DNA of 64,000 bases, from contig JAUSEX010000040.1 in assembly GCA_030649895.1 (NCBI GenBank), forward strand, positions 16,839 through 80,838, read 5' to 3'. Shown in pieces: positions 40,018 through 49,958 of this stretch. A program made the translations under genes and the position numbers. The notes under the pieces were generated by a model, which was not told the origin of the DNA, did no database searches, and saw only the letters and a program-made list of their open reading frames with translations. This DNA comes from Candidatus Omnitrophota bacterium. GTDB lineage: Bacteria; Omnitrophota; Gorgyraeia; Gorgyraeales; Gorgyraeaceae. Positions within the stretch are counted from its first letter, which is position 1. Each line of letters opens with the position of its first letter.

Positions 40018-41199
40018 ATGTCATATGAACTGTGGATTAGTTTTAGATATCTGATTTCAAGGCGCAAGGAAAAATTTATTTCCATTATAAGTCTTATATC
40101 AATAATGGGCGTAGCTTTGGGCGTGACAGCGCTTATTGTGGTGTTGGCTGTAATGAGCGGCTTTGACAAAGACCTTCGCGAAAAGATAGTCGGCACAAAT
40201 TCGCATATAATAATTGAAAAAGAAGGCGGGATAACTGATTATAACGCGGTTATAAGCGAGATAAATAAGATACCGCATGTAAAAGCGAGTTCCCCTTTTA
40301 TAAATGGCCAGGCTTTGATAAGGCGGGACGAGCAGGTCCTGGGGCTGATATTGCGAGGCATAGACCCTGCAAGAGAAAAAGACGTCACTAACATACAAAA
40401 ATACCTGGAATCAGGCACATTAGAGCTTAAGAAAGACACAGTCATGATAGGTAAAGAGCTTTCTTTAAGGCTGGGTTTAAAGATAGGGGAGATTATCTCT
40501 CTTGTTTCCGCCGCAGACCCTCAGCCGAAGAGCTTCAAGGTAACAGGTATATTTAATTCAGGCATGTTTGAATACGATATGAACCTTATATTTACAAATC
40601 TTGAAGGCGCTCAAGCATTTTATGCCACAGGTGATGTAGCGGGCGGCATAGGCGTAAGGGTAGATGACGTAAACAGCGCAGATCGCATAAAAAAGGATGT
40701 CCAGGAAAAAATAGGTTTTGATTACTGGGTGAGAAGCTGGTCTGAACTCAACAAAAATCTGTTTAGCGCGCTGAAGCTTGAGAAGATAACTATGTTTATA
40801 ATACTCGCGCTTATCGTGGTGGTGGCGTGTTTCAATATAGCCAGCACTCTTATAATGATGGTAATGGAAAAGACAAAAGATATAGGAATACTTAAATCAA
40901 TAGGCGTTGACAATAGCGGCATAAGAAGGATATTTATGCTGGATGGCTTTCTGATAGGTTTTGCAGGGACTGTCATAGGCGCTATAGGGGGTTTTGGCCT
41001 GTGTTATTTATTAAAGACGTACCAGTTTATAAAACTGCCGAAAGATATTTATTATATAGACAGATTGCCTGTTAATCTGGAGCTGTCGGATTCAATAACA
41101 GTTATAGCTGCGGCAGTGCTTATAAGTTTGTTATCAACGCTTTACCCTTCATGGCAGGCGGCAAAAATGGAGCCGGTAGAAGCGTTAAGATATGAATAA
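40018..41199 (+). CDS. lolE: Lipoprotein-releasing system permease LolC/E (FtsX family)
   Basis: MSYELWISFRYLISRRKEKFISIISLISIMGVALGVTALIVVLAVMSGF is the LolC/E N-terminus; MacB-like periplasmic domain and FtsX C-terminal TMs. Confidence 0.8.
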   Translation: MSYELWISFRYLISRRKEKFISIISLISIMGVALGVTALIVVLAVMSGFDKDLREKIVGTNSHIIIEKEGGITDYNAVISEINKIPHVKASSPFINGQALIRRDEQVLGLILRGIDPAREKDVTNIQKYLESGTLELKKDTVMIGKELSLRLGLKIGEIISLVSAADPQPKSFKVTGIFNSGMFEYDMNLIFTNLEGAQAFYATGDVAGGIGVRVDDVNSADRIKKDVQEKIGFDYWVRSWSELNKNLFSALKLEKITMFIILALIVVVACFNIASTLIMMVMEKTKDIGILKSIGVDNSGIRRIFMLDGFLIGFAGTVIGAIGGFGLCYLLKTYQFIKLPKDIYYIDRLPVNLELSDSITVIAAAVLISLLSTLYPSWQAAKMEPVEALRYE

Positions 41200-41226
41200 A
41201 TAGCGTTTAACGTAGAGCGTATAGTT

Positions 41227-41260
41227 TTTCTATCCGCTATCCGCTATACGCTATACGCTA
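41227..41260. repeat. Tandem heptamer repeat (CTATCCG x2, CTATACG x2)
   Basis: CTATCCGCTATCCGCTATACGCTATACGCTA in the lolE-lolD intergenic region. Confidence 0.6.
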
Positions 41261-41265
41261 ATATT

Positions 41266-41940
41266 ATGCTACGGGCTGATAATGTTCATAAGATATATAA
41301 AGACGGAAAAAAAGAGCTGCATGTTTTAAAAGGGGTCAGCTTAGAAATAAGGAAAGACGAGATAATAGCTATAGTAGGCCCTTCCGGGGCGGGCAAATCA
41401 ACGCTTTTGCATATACTGGGAGGCATAGACAAACCAAGCTCGGGCAAGGTATTTCTGGACAATTCTGATTTTTACAGCCTGGATGACGTTAAAAGGGCGA
41501 GGTTTAGAAATCAGAAGATAGGGTTTGTATTTCAGTTTTATCATTTGTTGCCGGAATTTACTGCATTGGAAAATGTAATGCTGCCGGCGTTGATAAAGAT
41601 TAAGGAAACCGGGGGCAAAAGGCCCGTGGTAAAAAACAGAGCTGAAGTTTTGCTGGAAGATGTTGGACTGGAAAAGAGGATGCATCACAGGCCTGGCGAA
41701 CTTTCAGGAGGGGAACAGCAAAGGGTTGCGATAGCAAGGGCGCTCGTAAATAATCCAAAGGCGCTATTGTGCGACGAGCCAACAGGCAACCTGGATTCTG
41801 AAATGGGCCAGGAGATATTGAACATACTGTTCAATTTGAATAAAAAACATAAGACTGCAATCGTGATCGTCACTCACGACAAAGAAATAGCAAAAAAGGC
41901 GCATAAGATAATAGAAATGAAAGACGGAAAAATACTTTGA
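41266..41940 (+). CDS. lolD: Lipoprotein-releasing system ATP-binding protein
   Basis: Walker A GPSGAGKST, ABC signature LSGGEQQRVAIARAL, Walker B LLCDEPTGNLD; 224 aa. Confidence 0.85.
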   Translation: MLRADNVHKIYKDGKKELHVLKGVSLEIRKDEIIAIVGPSGAGKSTLLHILGGIDKPSSGKVFLDNSDFYSLDDVKRARFRNQKIGFVFQFYHLLPEFTALENVMLPALIKIKETGGKRPVVKNRAEVLLEDVGLEKRMHHRPGELSGGEQQRVAIARALVNNPKALLCDEPTGNLDSEMGQEILNILFNLNKKHKTAIVIVTHDKEIAKKAHKIIEMKDGKIL

Positions 41941-41977
41941 AAACAGTGTGCCAAAACATTTTGTTAGCGGAGGGAAC

Positions 41978-42850
41978 ATGTCATTGAAAATTTATATCAA
42001 CGGCGAATATTTTGAAAAAGATCAGGCAAAGGTTTCTGTTTTTGACCATGGGCTTTTGTACGGCGACGGGGTGTTTGAAGGCATCCGCTCGTACAGCAGG
42101 CTTGTATTTAAGCTCAAGGAGCACATAGATAGGCTTTATGAATCAAGCCAGGGTATCATGCTTACGATCCCGCTTTCAAAAGAAGAAATGATAAAGGCGG
42201 TTGTGGCCACTCTTAAATTAAATGAACTGGAGAATGCATATATCAGGCTCATAGTTACAAGAGGCGTGGGGGACCTGGGATTGGACCCTAGAAAATGCAA
42301 GAACGCCTCTGTCATTATTATTACGGATAATATCAAGCTTTATCCGGAAAAGATGTACAAGGAAGGCCTGAGCATTATTACAGTGCCTACTCCAAGAAAT
42401 ATCCCCGAGGCGTTAAACCCTCAGATTAAATCCTTGAACTATCTCAATAATATCCTCGCTAAGATAGAGGCCTTGAATTCAGGGTACGAAGAGGCATTGA
42501 TGTTTACTGCCCATGGATATGTGGCAGAATGCACTGGAGATAATATTTTTATTATAAAAGATAATAATCTGATCACGCCTCCCGCCTTTCTCGGTATACT
42601 CAAGGGCATTACAAGGGCGTGCGTCATGGATATTGCAAGAAAGGCCGGTATGACGGTCAAAGAAGAAGTTATTACGCGGCATAGTATTTTCACGGCTGAC
42701 GAATGTTTTCTTACAGGCACGGCAGCGGAGATTATTCCTGTTGTGACCGTGGATAAGAGGGTTATCGGAAATAAAGAGCCTGGAAAAATTACTCTGAGCC
42801 TGATGAAAGAATTCAAGAAGGTCACAAAGATAGACGGCGTAAAATATTGA
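41978..42850 (+). CDS. ilvE: Class IV aminotransferase (branched-chain amino acid or D-amino acid aminotransferase)
   Basis: Fold-type IV PLP enzyme motifs (LLYGDGVFEGIRSY ... EALMFTAHGYVAECTGDNIF ... LTGTAAEIIPV); start set at the internal ATG 41978. Confidence 0.7.
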   Translation: MSLKIYINGEYFEKDQAKVSVFDHGLLYGDGVFEGIRSYSRLVFKLKEHIDRLYESSQGIMLTIPLSKEEMIKAVVATLKLNELENAYIRLIVTRGVGDLGLDPRKCKNASVIIITDNIKLYPEKMYKEGLSIITVPTPRNIPEALNPQIKSLNYLNNILAKIEALNSGYEEALMFTAHGYVAECTGDNIFIIKDNNLITPPAFLGILKGITRACVMDIARKAGMTVKEEVITRHSIFTADECFLTGTAAEIIPVVTVDKRVIGNKEPGKITLSLMKEFKKVTKIDGVKY

Positions 42851-42929
42851 TTTAAGTAAAAAGGCAAAACCTGGACCCAAAATTTAAAAAAACCGAGATT
42901 TTTACTTTTAAATTTAATAAGGGGGTTTT

Positions 42930-43433
42930 ATGTTGTGTAACATATGCGCTAAGAATCAGGCCACTGTTCATCTTACAGAGATAATAGACGACCAGATAAC
43001 AGAGCTGCATCTGTGCGAGGAGTGCGCCCAGAAAAAAGGCGCGCAGATGGAAAGCCATTTCGGGCTGTCTGATTTACTGGCTGGCCTGGCAGATCTTGGC
43101 ACGCAGTTCTCTAAGACTAAGACAGAGGCGGTAAAGGTTAAATGCCACAAGTGCGGCCTTACCTATGAAGATTTTAAAAAGGTTGGAAGGCTTGGCTGCG
43201 GCGAATGCTATAATGCCTTTAAGGAGGCGCTTGTGCCTCTTTTAAAAAGGATACACGGTTCAACGCAGCATTACGGCAAATCTCCCAAGAAGATAGCTAA
43301 GGTGATAAAAGCGAAGAACGATCTGGAGACATTAAAAGAAAAACTCCAGAAGGCGATACAGAAAGAAGATTTTGAAGAAGCCGCTAAACTGCGCGATAAG
43401 ATAAGGGAAGCGGATAAAAAGAATAATAAATAA
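42930..43433 (+). CDS. mcsA: McsA-like protein (zinc-finger plus UVR domain)
   Basis: Paired CxxC zinc-finger-like motifs and a C-terminal UVR motif (LQKAIQKEDFEEAAKLRDKI); located directly upstream of mcsB-clpC. Confidence 0.7.
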   Translation: MLCNICAKNQATVHLTEIIDDQITELHLCEECAQKKGAQMESHFGLSDLLAGLADLGTQFSKTKTEAVKVKCHKCGLTYEDFKKVGRLGCGECYNAFKEALVPLLKRIHGSTQHYGKSPKKIAKVIKAKNDLETLKEKLQKAIQKEDFEEAAKLRDKIREADKKNNK

Positions 43434-43445
43434 GAGGGAGAAATT

Positions 43446-44495
43446 ATGACGTTAGATGACCTGTTGAATAATACGGGAGAGTGGATCAGGTGTACGGGGC
43501 CTGCCTGCGATATAGTAATGTCTTCTCGCGTCAGGCTGGCGAGAAACCTTGCTAATTATCCTTTTTCGCATTGGGCCAGCAAAAAAGAGCAGGAAGCCGT
43601 GCTGGAGGCCTCTAAGCAAAGCATATTTTCTATTAAGAGGTTGAAGGATTCATTGTTTCTGGAAATAGGAAAACTGGATCCGATAGACAAGCAATTTCTT
43701 GTGGAAAGGCATCTTATGAGCAAGGAGCATATGGTGGATTCGGAAAACAAAGGCTTATCTGTCGGCCAGGACGAGGTCCTAAGTATAATGATAAACGAAG
43801 AAGACCACCTGCGCATGCAGGTCATGAAATCAGGTTTCAATCTGAAAGAGGCGTGGCAGATATTGGATGAAATAGACACCGAGCTTGGCAATTCTCTGGA
43901 CTTTGCGTACTCCGTGGATTTTGGTTATCTGACAGCCTGTCCGACAAACACAGGCACGGGCATGAGGGCGTCTGTGATGCTGCATCTCCCTTCGCTTGTT
44001 ATGACAAAACAGATCGGAAAGGTGCTTCAGGCGATTACGAAGCTGAGTTTGACTGCGCGTGGCCTGTATGGAGAAGGCACGGAGGCAACCGGCAATTTTT
44101 TTCAGATATCCAATCAGGTTTCTTTGGGCCATAAAGAAGAGGATATAATTGATAACATAGACAGGATTATAAAACAGATAGTGGATCACGAACAGAACGC
44201 CAGGGAAACGCTTCTTGCGCAAAATAGAGAGGCCCTGGAAGACAGGATCTGGCGGGCGTACGGCACATTGAAGAGCGCGCATATAATAACCAGCACGGAG
44301 ACCATAGACCTTCTTTCGCTGGCAAGGTTAGGCGTTGACTTAGGGGTCGTAAAACAGGCAGACAGGACGCTTATAAACGAACTTTTTGTGATAACTCAGC
44401 CTGCGCATCTTCAGAAATTGGAAAAGAAAAAACTTACACCTAACCAGAGGGACGTTAAAAGGGCGGAGATTATCAGAGAAAAATTAGGAAAATAA
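43446..44495 (+). CDS. mcsB: Protein-arginine kinase (phosphagen kinase family)
   Basis: Phosphagen kinase active-site block CPTNTGTGMRASVMLHLP; 349 aa. Confidence 0.85.
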   Translation: MTLDDLLNNTGEWIRCTGPACDIVMSSRVRLARNLANYPFSHWASKKEQEAVLEASKQSIFSIKRLKDSLFLEIGKLDPIDKQFLVERHLMSKEHMVDSENKGLSVGQDEVLSIMINEEDHLRMQVMKSGFNLKEAWQILDEIDTELGNSLDFAYSVDFGYLTACPTNTGTGMRASVMLHLPSLVMTKQIGKVLQAITKLSLTARGLYGEGTEATGNFFQISNQVSLGHKEEDIIDNIDRIIKQIVDHEQNARETLLAQNREALEDRIWRAYGTLKSAHIITSTETIDLLSLARLGVDLGVVKQADRTLINELFVITQPAHLQKLEKKKLTPNQRDVKRAEIIREKLGK

Positions 44496-44514
44496 TAAAT
44501 AGGAGGAGCTAGTC

Positions 44515-46983
44515 ATGTTCAACAGGTTTACGGAACGCGCCAGAAAAGTAATATTATTGGCAAAAGAGGAGGCAAAAAGGTTTAACCACGATTATATAGG
44601 CACGGAGCATATATTGCTCGGCCTTTTAAGCGAAGGCGAAGGCGTGGCTGCGGTTGTTTTGCAGAAAATGGGATTGAACCTGCAGCAGATACGCATGGAG
44701 ATAGAAAAGATAGTAAAGCCAGGCGCCCCGATGGTTGTGTCAGGCGACATACCGTTTACTCCTACGGCTAAAAAGGTTATAGAGCTCTCGAACGAAGAAG
44801 CCAGATCCCTGGGCCATAATTACATAGGCACGGAACATATTTTGCTGGGGCTTATAAGAGAAGGCGAAGGCGTTGCGTCCCAGGTGCTGGTAAATCTCGG
44901 GCTCGACCTGAATAAGGTCAGGGAAGGGATAGCCGAACTTTTGGGTTCCAATATACAGCCGGGTTTCAGCGCGCCTCAACAAGGCCAGGGCCATGGACAA
45001 GGCGCTGGCGGCCATACTGCTACGCAGCAGAGACCGGGTTCCAAAACTCCTGCGCTTGACGCATTCGGTAGAAACCTTACTCAGCTTGCGCGTGATAATA
45101 AATTAGATCCTGTCATAGGAAGGGAGAATGAGATAGAAAGGGTTATCCAGATACTTTCAAGGCGCACAAAAAATAACCCTGTTCTTTTAGGCGAGGCAGG
45201 CGTTGGGAAAACAGCTATAGTGGAAGGCCTAGCGCAGAAGATAGTAAAAGGAGATATTCCTGAAGTGTTAAAAGATAAAAAGGTGATAATCCTGGACTTG
45301 GCGCTCATGGTGGCAGGCACGAAATACAGGGGCCAGTTTGAAGAGAGAATAAAAGCTGTGATGGACGAGATAAAAAGGTCTGAAAATGTAATGATTTTTA
45401 TTGACGAATTACACACGCTGGTAGGAGCGGGCGGCGCAGAAGGCGCCATAGACGCCTCCAATATATTGAAACCCGCGCTTTCAAGAGGAGAGATACAGTG
45501 CATAGGCGCTACAACCCTTGATGAATACAGGAAGCACATAGAAAAGGACGCTGCGCTTGAAAGGCGTTTTCAGACAATCATGGTGGATCCGCCTAGCGTT
45601 GATGAAACAATTGAGATACTGAAAGGCCTCAGGGATAGATATGAGGCGCATCACAGGGTTGAGATTACGGATTCCGCAGTAGAGGCTGCGGCAAAATTTT
45701 CAGACAGGTATATTGCTGGAAGATTTTTGCCTGACAAGGCTATAGATCTTATAGATGAAGCAGGCGCAAAGGCCAGGCTTTCCATCATGACCGCGCCTAA
45801 AGAAATAAAAGACATGGAAAGCGATATAGAGAATATCCATAAAGAAAAAGATTCCGCTATAAAAAACCAGGATTTTGAAAAGGCGGCCAACTTGAGAGAC
45901 GAGGAAAAAAAGGCCCGCGTGAAACTTGATAAAACGCGCGAAGAATGGAAAAAATCCAGGATGGAGGCGAGGCCAAAGGTTGACGAGGAAATGATCGCGA
46001 ATATAGTTTCAAAATGGACAGGCATACCCATCTTCAGGCTCGAGGAAAAGGAATCCGAAAGGCTCATGAAGATGGAAGAAGAACTGCACAAAAGAATCAT
46101 AGGCCAGGACGAATCTATAAGCGCTATTGCGCACGCGGTCAGGAGGTCGCGCGCAGGCATAAAGAATCCAAAGAGGCCCATAGGCTCTTTTATATTTCTC
46201 GGGCCTACGGGCGTAGGCAAGACCCATTTAGGAAGAGTGCTTGCGGAATTCATGTTTGGCGACGAGAATGCGCTTATACAGCTCGATATGTCTGAATACA
46301 TGGAAAAGTTTAACGTGTCAAGGCTCGTAGGGGCTCCTCCGGGGTATGTAGGCTATGAAGAAGGAGGGCAGCTTACGGAAAAAGTAAGGCGCAGGCCTTA
46401 TTCAGTAGTGCTTTTAGACGAGATAGAAAAGGCGCATCCTGATGTATTTAACATATTGCTTCAGGTTCTGGAAGATGGGCGTCTTACAGACAGTTTCGGC
46501 AGAAAAGTAGACTTTAGAAATACCGTACTTATAATGACGTCGAATGTCGGAGCGGATATATTCAGGAAGCAAGGTTCGCTTGGTTTTAAATCAGAATCCA
46601 AAGAGGTGACTTACAAGGATATGAAAGAAAGGCTCCTGGAGCAGGTCAAGAAAACATTCAAACCGGAATTTCTAAACAGGATTGACGATACTATAGTATT
46701 TCATCCGCTTACAAAAGATGACCTCTATAAAATTATAGAGATAGAGATGAAAGAGGTGATCGGCAGATTAAAAGAGCAGGCCGTGGATATAAGCCTTGAT
46801 CAGTCGGCAAAAGACTTTTTGATAGAACAAGGTTTTGACCCTGTTTTCGGGGCCAGGCCTTTAAAGCGCACTATACAGAGGTTTTTGGAAGATCCGCTGG
46901 CAGAAGAGATTATTTCAAAGCGTCTTGTAAAAGGAAAACCTGTAAAAGTAACTGCTGAGGATGGAAAGCTGATATTTAAGTAA
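44515..46983 (+). CDS. clpC: ATP-dependent Clp protease ATP-binding subunit ClpC
   Basis: Two Clp_N repeats, two AAA+ modules with Walker A (GEAGVGKT, GPTGVGKT) and an intervening UVR motif; 822 aa. Confidence 0.9.
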   Translation: MFNRFTERARKVILLAKEEAKRFNHDYIGTEHILLGLLSEGEGVAAVVLQKMGLNLQQIRMEIEKIVKPGAPMVVSGDIPFTPTAKKVIELSNEEARSLGHNYIGTEHILLGLIREGEGVASQVLVNLGLDLNKVREGIAELLGSNIQPGFSAPQQGQGHGQGAGGHTATQQRPGSKTPALDAFGRNLTQLARDNKLDPVIGRENEIERVIQILSRRTKNNPVLLGEAGVGKTAIVEGLAQKIVKGDIPEVLKDKKVIILDLALMVAGTKYRGQFEERIKAVMDEIKRSENVMIFIDELHTLVGAGGAEGAIDASNILKPALSRGEIQCIGATTLDEYRKHIEKDAALERRFQTIMVDPPSVDETIEILKGLRDRYEAHHRVEITDSAVEAAAKFSDRYIAGRFLPDKAIDLIDEAGAKARLSIMTAPKEIKDMESDIENIHKEKDSAIKNQDFEKAANLRDEEKKARVKLDKTREEWKKSRMEARPKVDEEMIANIVSKWTGIPIFRLEEKESERLMKMEEELHKRIIGQDESISAIAHAVRRSRAGIKNPKRPIGSFIFLGPTGVGKTHLGRVLAEFMFGDENALIQLDMSEYMEKFNVSRLVGAPPGYVGYEEGGQLTEKVRRRPYSVVLLDEIEKAHPDVFNILLQVLEDGRLTDSFGRKVDFRNTVLIMTSNVGADIFRKQGSLGFKSESKEVTYKDMKERLLEQVKKTFKPEFLNRIDDTIVFHPLTKDDLYKIIEIEMKEVIGRLKEQAVDISLDQSAKDFLIEQGFDPVFGARPLKRTIQRFLEDPLAEEIISKRLVKGKPVKVTAEDGKLIFK

Positions 46984-47007
46984 CTGTATCATAGGATAGA
47001 CTTTAAC

Positions 47008-48000
47008 TTGCCAAAACGTTCGAAAGTTATAATAGTGGTTACAGCGTTAGTTTTTGTTGTCATCCCGACTGCGCCTGCTCTGGATCTTGGAATAGATAAG
47101 GCGATCTCTTTAGATTTTTATTTTTTTGACAGCAAGAGATTGGTTTCAGAGTTAAAAATAGACAATCTGGATATCAAAGGCGCTGCGCTTTCCGGTAAAT
47201 TTATTTTAAAGGCAAAGGTTCTGAAAGATAATGGCCTGACGGGAAAAATATATTCCGGAGACATGACCATGAATTCAAGCGCCTTGCCGGAGTTAAAAAT
47301 ATTTTTTAAAATTACAAAAGATAAACTGAGGATCTATTCCCTGAATTTCGGAAAAGCCTATCGCTTAAGAGGGACAATAGGCTTGAAAGAGCCTTTTGAA
47401 ACAAACGCGTATTTTGAAATACTCAGGGCGAATCTCAGGGATATGGCGTTGATATTAAAGGCCAAAAGGCCTGATGTCGTGACAGGGATTATGAACGGGC
47501 TTTTTAGTATAAAAGGTCCGCTGGCTAATCTTGAATCAAGCGGTTTTATAGGCGGCAGATCCGGGAAAATAGGGCCTATCTGGTATGATTCCGCTGATAT
47601 AAGAATCCATGGCGCCGGACCTATAATAAATATAGTGAATTCCAGGATCAGGCAGGCTCAGGCCACCTTTACGATGGAAGGCTATATAGACCTGAGGAGC
47701 ATGGCGGGTTCCAACCCGTTGGATTATATAAAATTGAAATCCGATATGAAGACTATAGTCTGGGACGGATGGGATATCAGCAAAGACGGATCTGACAGCC
47801 TTAAGATGGTAAAAGAGATAGGAGAAAAGGTATCAGTCGGGTTCAGGACATTTGCCAGGGAAGAATTGCCGCCTTATCAGAAAAGGGACAAGCTGGATGA
47901 AATGAGCCTGGAATATAAGCTGGATAACGGCCAGATGTTTCAGATGAAATTAAAAGAAAACGAAGAATTTTTTGGCATTGAGCATAAAAAAAGGTTTTAA
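47008..48000 (+). CDS. Exported hypothetical protein (TTG start)
   Basis: N-terminal signal/TM (VIIVVTALVFVVIPTAPA) and a beta-rich body; immediately upstream of mlaE, possibly lipid-transport associated. Confidence 0.35.
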   Translation: MPKRSKVIIVVTALVFVVIPTAPALDLGIDKAISLDFYFFDSKRLVSELKIDNLDIKGAALSGKFILKAKVLKDNGLTGKIYSGDMTMNSSALPELKIFFKITKDKLRIYSLNFGKAYRLRGTIGLKEPFETNAYFEILRANLRDMALILKAKRPDVVTGIMNGLFSIKGPLANLESSGFIGGRSGKIGPIWYDSADIRIHGAGPIINIVNSRIRQAQATFTMEGYIDLRSMAGSNPLDYIKLKSDMKTIVWDGWDISKDGSDSLKMVKEIGEKVSVGFRTFAREELPPYQKRDKLDEMSLEYKLDNGQMFQMKLKENEEFFGIEHKKRF

Positions 48001-48009
48001 GGAGTTTTT

Positions 48010-48792
48010 ATGAGAGAGTGGATAAACAGCCTTGGAATAAAAGCCCTGAATTTTTTTATTTATATAGGCGGTATTTTTAATCTGATGGTTAGCACTGTCT
48101 TTCAGGCATTAATCCCGCCTTTCAGAAAAAAAGAATGGGTTATTCAGATGTATAAGATAGGCGTCATGAGTTTTCCTATAGTTTTCCTGGTGGCATTTTT
48201 TACAGGCATGGTGCTGGCGCTTCAAAGCGCGTATCAATTGACAAAGATGAACGCGCAGATGTATATATCAAGCCTTGTCGCGCTTTCCATGCTGCGGGAA
48301 CTAGGGCCTGTTTTAACGGCGCTGGTAATTGCCGGAAGGGTAGGGGCCAGCATTACAGCTGAACTCGGGACGATGAAGGTGAGCGAACAGATAGACGCCC
48401 TGAGGACTCTTGCTGCAAACCCTGTTAAGTATCTTGTTGTGCCTAGATTTCTTGCGTTGTGCATAATGCTTCCCTTGCTGACGATTTATGCTGATTTTAT
48501 AGGCATAATAGGCGGTTACATGATAGGCGTTTATAAACTTTTGATAGGTTCTACGATATACTGGAAAATGACATTCGACACGCTTGCGTTCAAAGATATA
48601 TTTACAGGGCTTTTCAAGTCATTTATATTCGCGGTAATTATATGCGTAGTTGCGTGCTATGAAGGTTTTGTTACGGAAGGCGGGGCTGAAGGCGTAGGGA
48701 AGGCTACGACGCGCTCTGTTGTCATATCGTTTATTTTAGTAATTGCGGCTGATTGTCTTTTCACGGCGTTGTTTTATTTTATATTTCCATGA
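48010..48792 (+). CDS. mlaE: Phospholipid ABC transporter permease MlaE
   Basis: MlaE/YrbE family block ELGPVLTALVIAGRVGASITAELGTMKVSEQIDAL; 260 aa, about 5 TMs. Confidence 0.85.
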   Translation: MREWINSLGIKALNFFIYIGGIFNLMVSTVFQALIPPFRKKEWVIQMYKIGVMSFPIVFLVAFFTGMVLALQSAYQLTKMNAQMYISSLVALSMLRELGPVLTALVIAGRVGASITAELGTMKVSEQIDALRTLAANPVKYLVVPRFLALCIMLPLLTIYADFIGIIGGYMIGVYKLLIGSTIYWKMTFDTLAFKDIFTGLFKSFIFAVIICVVACYEGFVTEGGAEGVGKATTRSVVISFILVIAADCLFTALFYFIFP

Positions 48793-49289
48793 GAATATTA
48801 GGGATCGATCCAGGGCTTGCGATTACAGGTTACGGACTTATAGATTCATGTGGAAACGATGTCAGATTAATGGAGGCCGGGATTATAAGGTCTAACGTAA
48901 AAGATAAAATGGAAAGACGCCTGGCGAGTATTTATAAAAAGGTTATGAACTTGATAAAAGATACGGCTCCGGAGGCAGTGGTGCTGGAAGATCTTTATTC
49001 GCATTACAAACATCCGAAGACTTCTATATTAATGGGCCACGCGCGCGGCGCGATATGCCTTGCGGTAGAGCATCAAAACGTTTCGCTGGTTAATTACCCT
49101 ACTACGAAAATAAAAAAGGCGATTACCGGACACGGCAGGGCTTCAAAAGAACAGATACAGAGGACTGTTACAAGTTTATTGGGATTAAAAAAGCCGCCTG
49201 AGCCGGTTGATGTTACAGACGCGCTGGCTTTAGCTATTACGCACGCCAATATATGGAGACATAGAAATGATTTGCAGGATTTCAGGTAA
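48789..49289 (+). CDS. ruvC: Holliday junction resolvase RuvC
   Basis: MRILGIDPGLAITGYGLID N-terminus with the catalytic Asp; ATGA overlap with the mlaE stop. Confidence 0.85.
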   Translation: MRILGIDPGLAITGYGLIDSCGNDVRLMEAGIIRSNVKDKMERRLASIYKKVMNLIKDTAPEAVVLEDLYSHYKHPKTSILMGHARGAICLAVEHQNVSLVNYPTTKIKKAITGHGRASKEQIQRTVTSLLGLKKPPEPVDVTDALALAITHANIWRHRNDLQDFR

Positions 49290-49896
49290 ATTAGTAGAGA
49301 AGAGAGAGGATTCAATAGTGCTGGATGTTAACGGGATATGTTATGAAGTACTTGTCCCCGGCGCTGTGATGCAATGCATGGGAAGCGCCGCGCAGCTTAA
49401 CGGGACTGTTTCCCTTATTACGTTTCATTATTTTCAACTGGAGCCGTCAAAAGGATTTCAGTGCCTGATAGGCTTTATGAATGAGATAGAAAAAGAATTT
49501 TTTGAAAAATTCATAACAGTTTCCGGTATTGGCCCAAAGGCTGCTGTAAGGGCGCTGAAGATGCCTATATCCATGATTGCCAGGGCAATTGATATGGCGG
49601 ATGTGCCTTTTCTGAAATCTTTGCCTGGAATCGGAGAGCAGAGGGCGAGGGAAATCGTGGCGAAACTTCAGGGCAAGGTTGGAAAATTCGGGCTTATGCA
49701 GGATACAAGAACCGGGGCTGAAGCCTTTACGGGAAAACACGATATACAGGAAGAGGCAATGGGCGTTTTATCGCAGCTTCAGTATAAAAAAAATGAAGCC
49801 AAGAGCATGCTGGACGAGGCGTTGACGCGCAATCCTGGAATAGAGACGGCGGAAGATCTGCTGAACGAAGTCTATAAGCAGAAGTCGAAAAAATAG
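49267..49896 (+). CDS. ruvA: Holliday junction DNA helicase RuvA
   Basis: OB fold N-terminus, HhH pair (FITVSGIGPKAA ... LKSLPGIGEQRAREIV), C-terminal RuvB-interaction domain. Confidence 0.85.
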   Translation: MICRISGKLVEKREDSIVLDVNGICYEVLVPGAVMQCMGSAAQLNGTVSLITFHYFQLEPSKGFQCLIGFMNEIEKEFFEKFITVSGIGPKAAVRALKMPISMIARAIDMADVPFLKSLPGIGEQRAREIVAKLQGKVGKFGLMQDTRTGAEAFTGKHDIQEEAMGVLSQLQYKKNEAKSMLDEALTRNPGIETAEDLLNEVYKQKSKK

Positions 49897-49914
49897 GAGA
49901 GCTATCAGAAGTTA

Positions 49915-49941
49915 CAGGGAACGGTTTAAAACCGTTCCCTG
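49915..49941 (+). promoter_or_regulatory. Perfect 13-bp stem hairpin between ruvA and ruvB
   Basis: CAGGGAACGGTTT-A-AAACCGTTCCCTG; no T-run follows; ruvB ATG 18 nt downstream. Confidence 0.4.
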
Positions 49942-49958
49942 CGGCCTGTAAAAAACTT

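Noticed and set aside
42851-42929. CtsR operator upstream of mcsA
   Set aside because: No GGTCAAA-type heptad direct repeat is present in the short intergenic region.
45651-46301. 216-aa antisense ORF (Ser-rich) and the 93-aa + ORF at 46014-46295 inside clpC
   Set aside because: They overlap the highly conserved ClpC AAA+ coding region; a low-complexity frame artefact.
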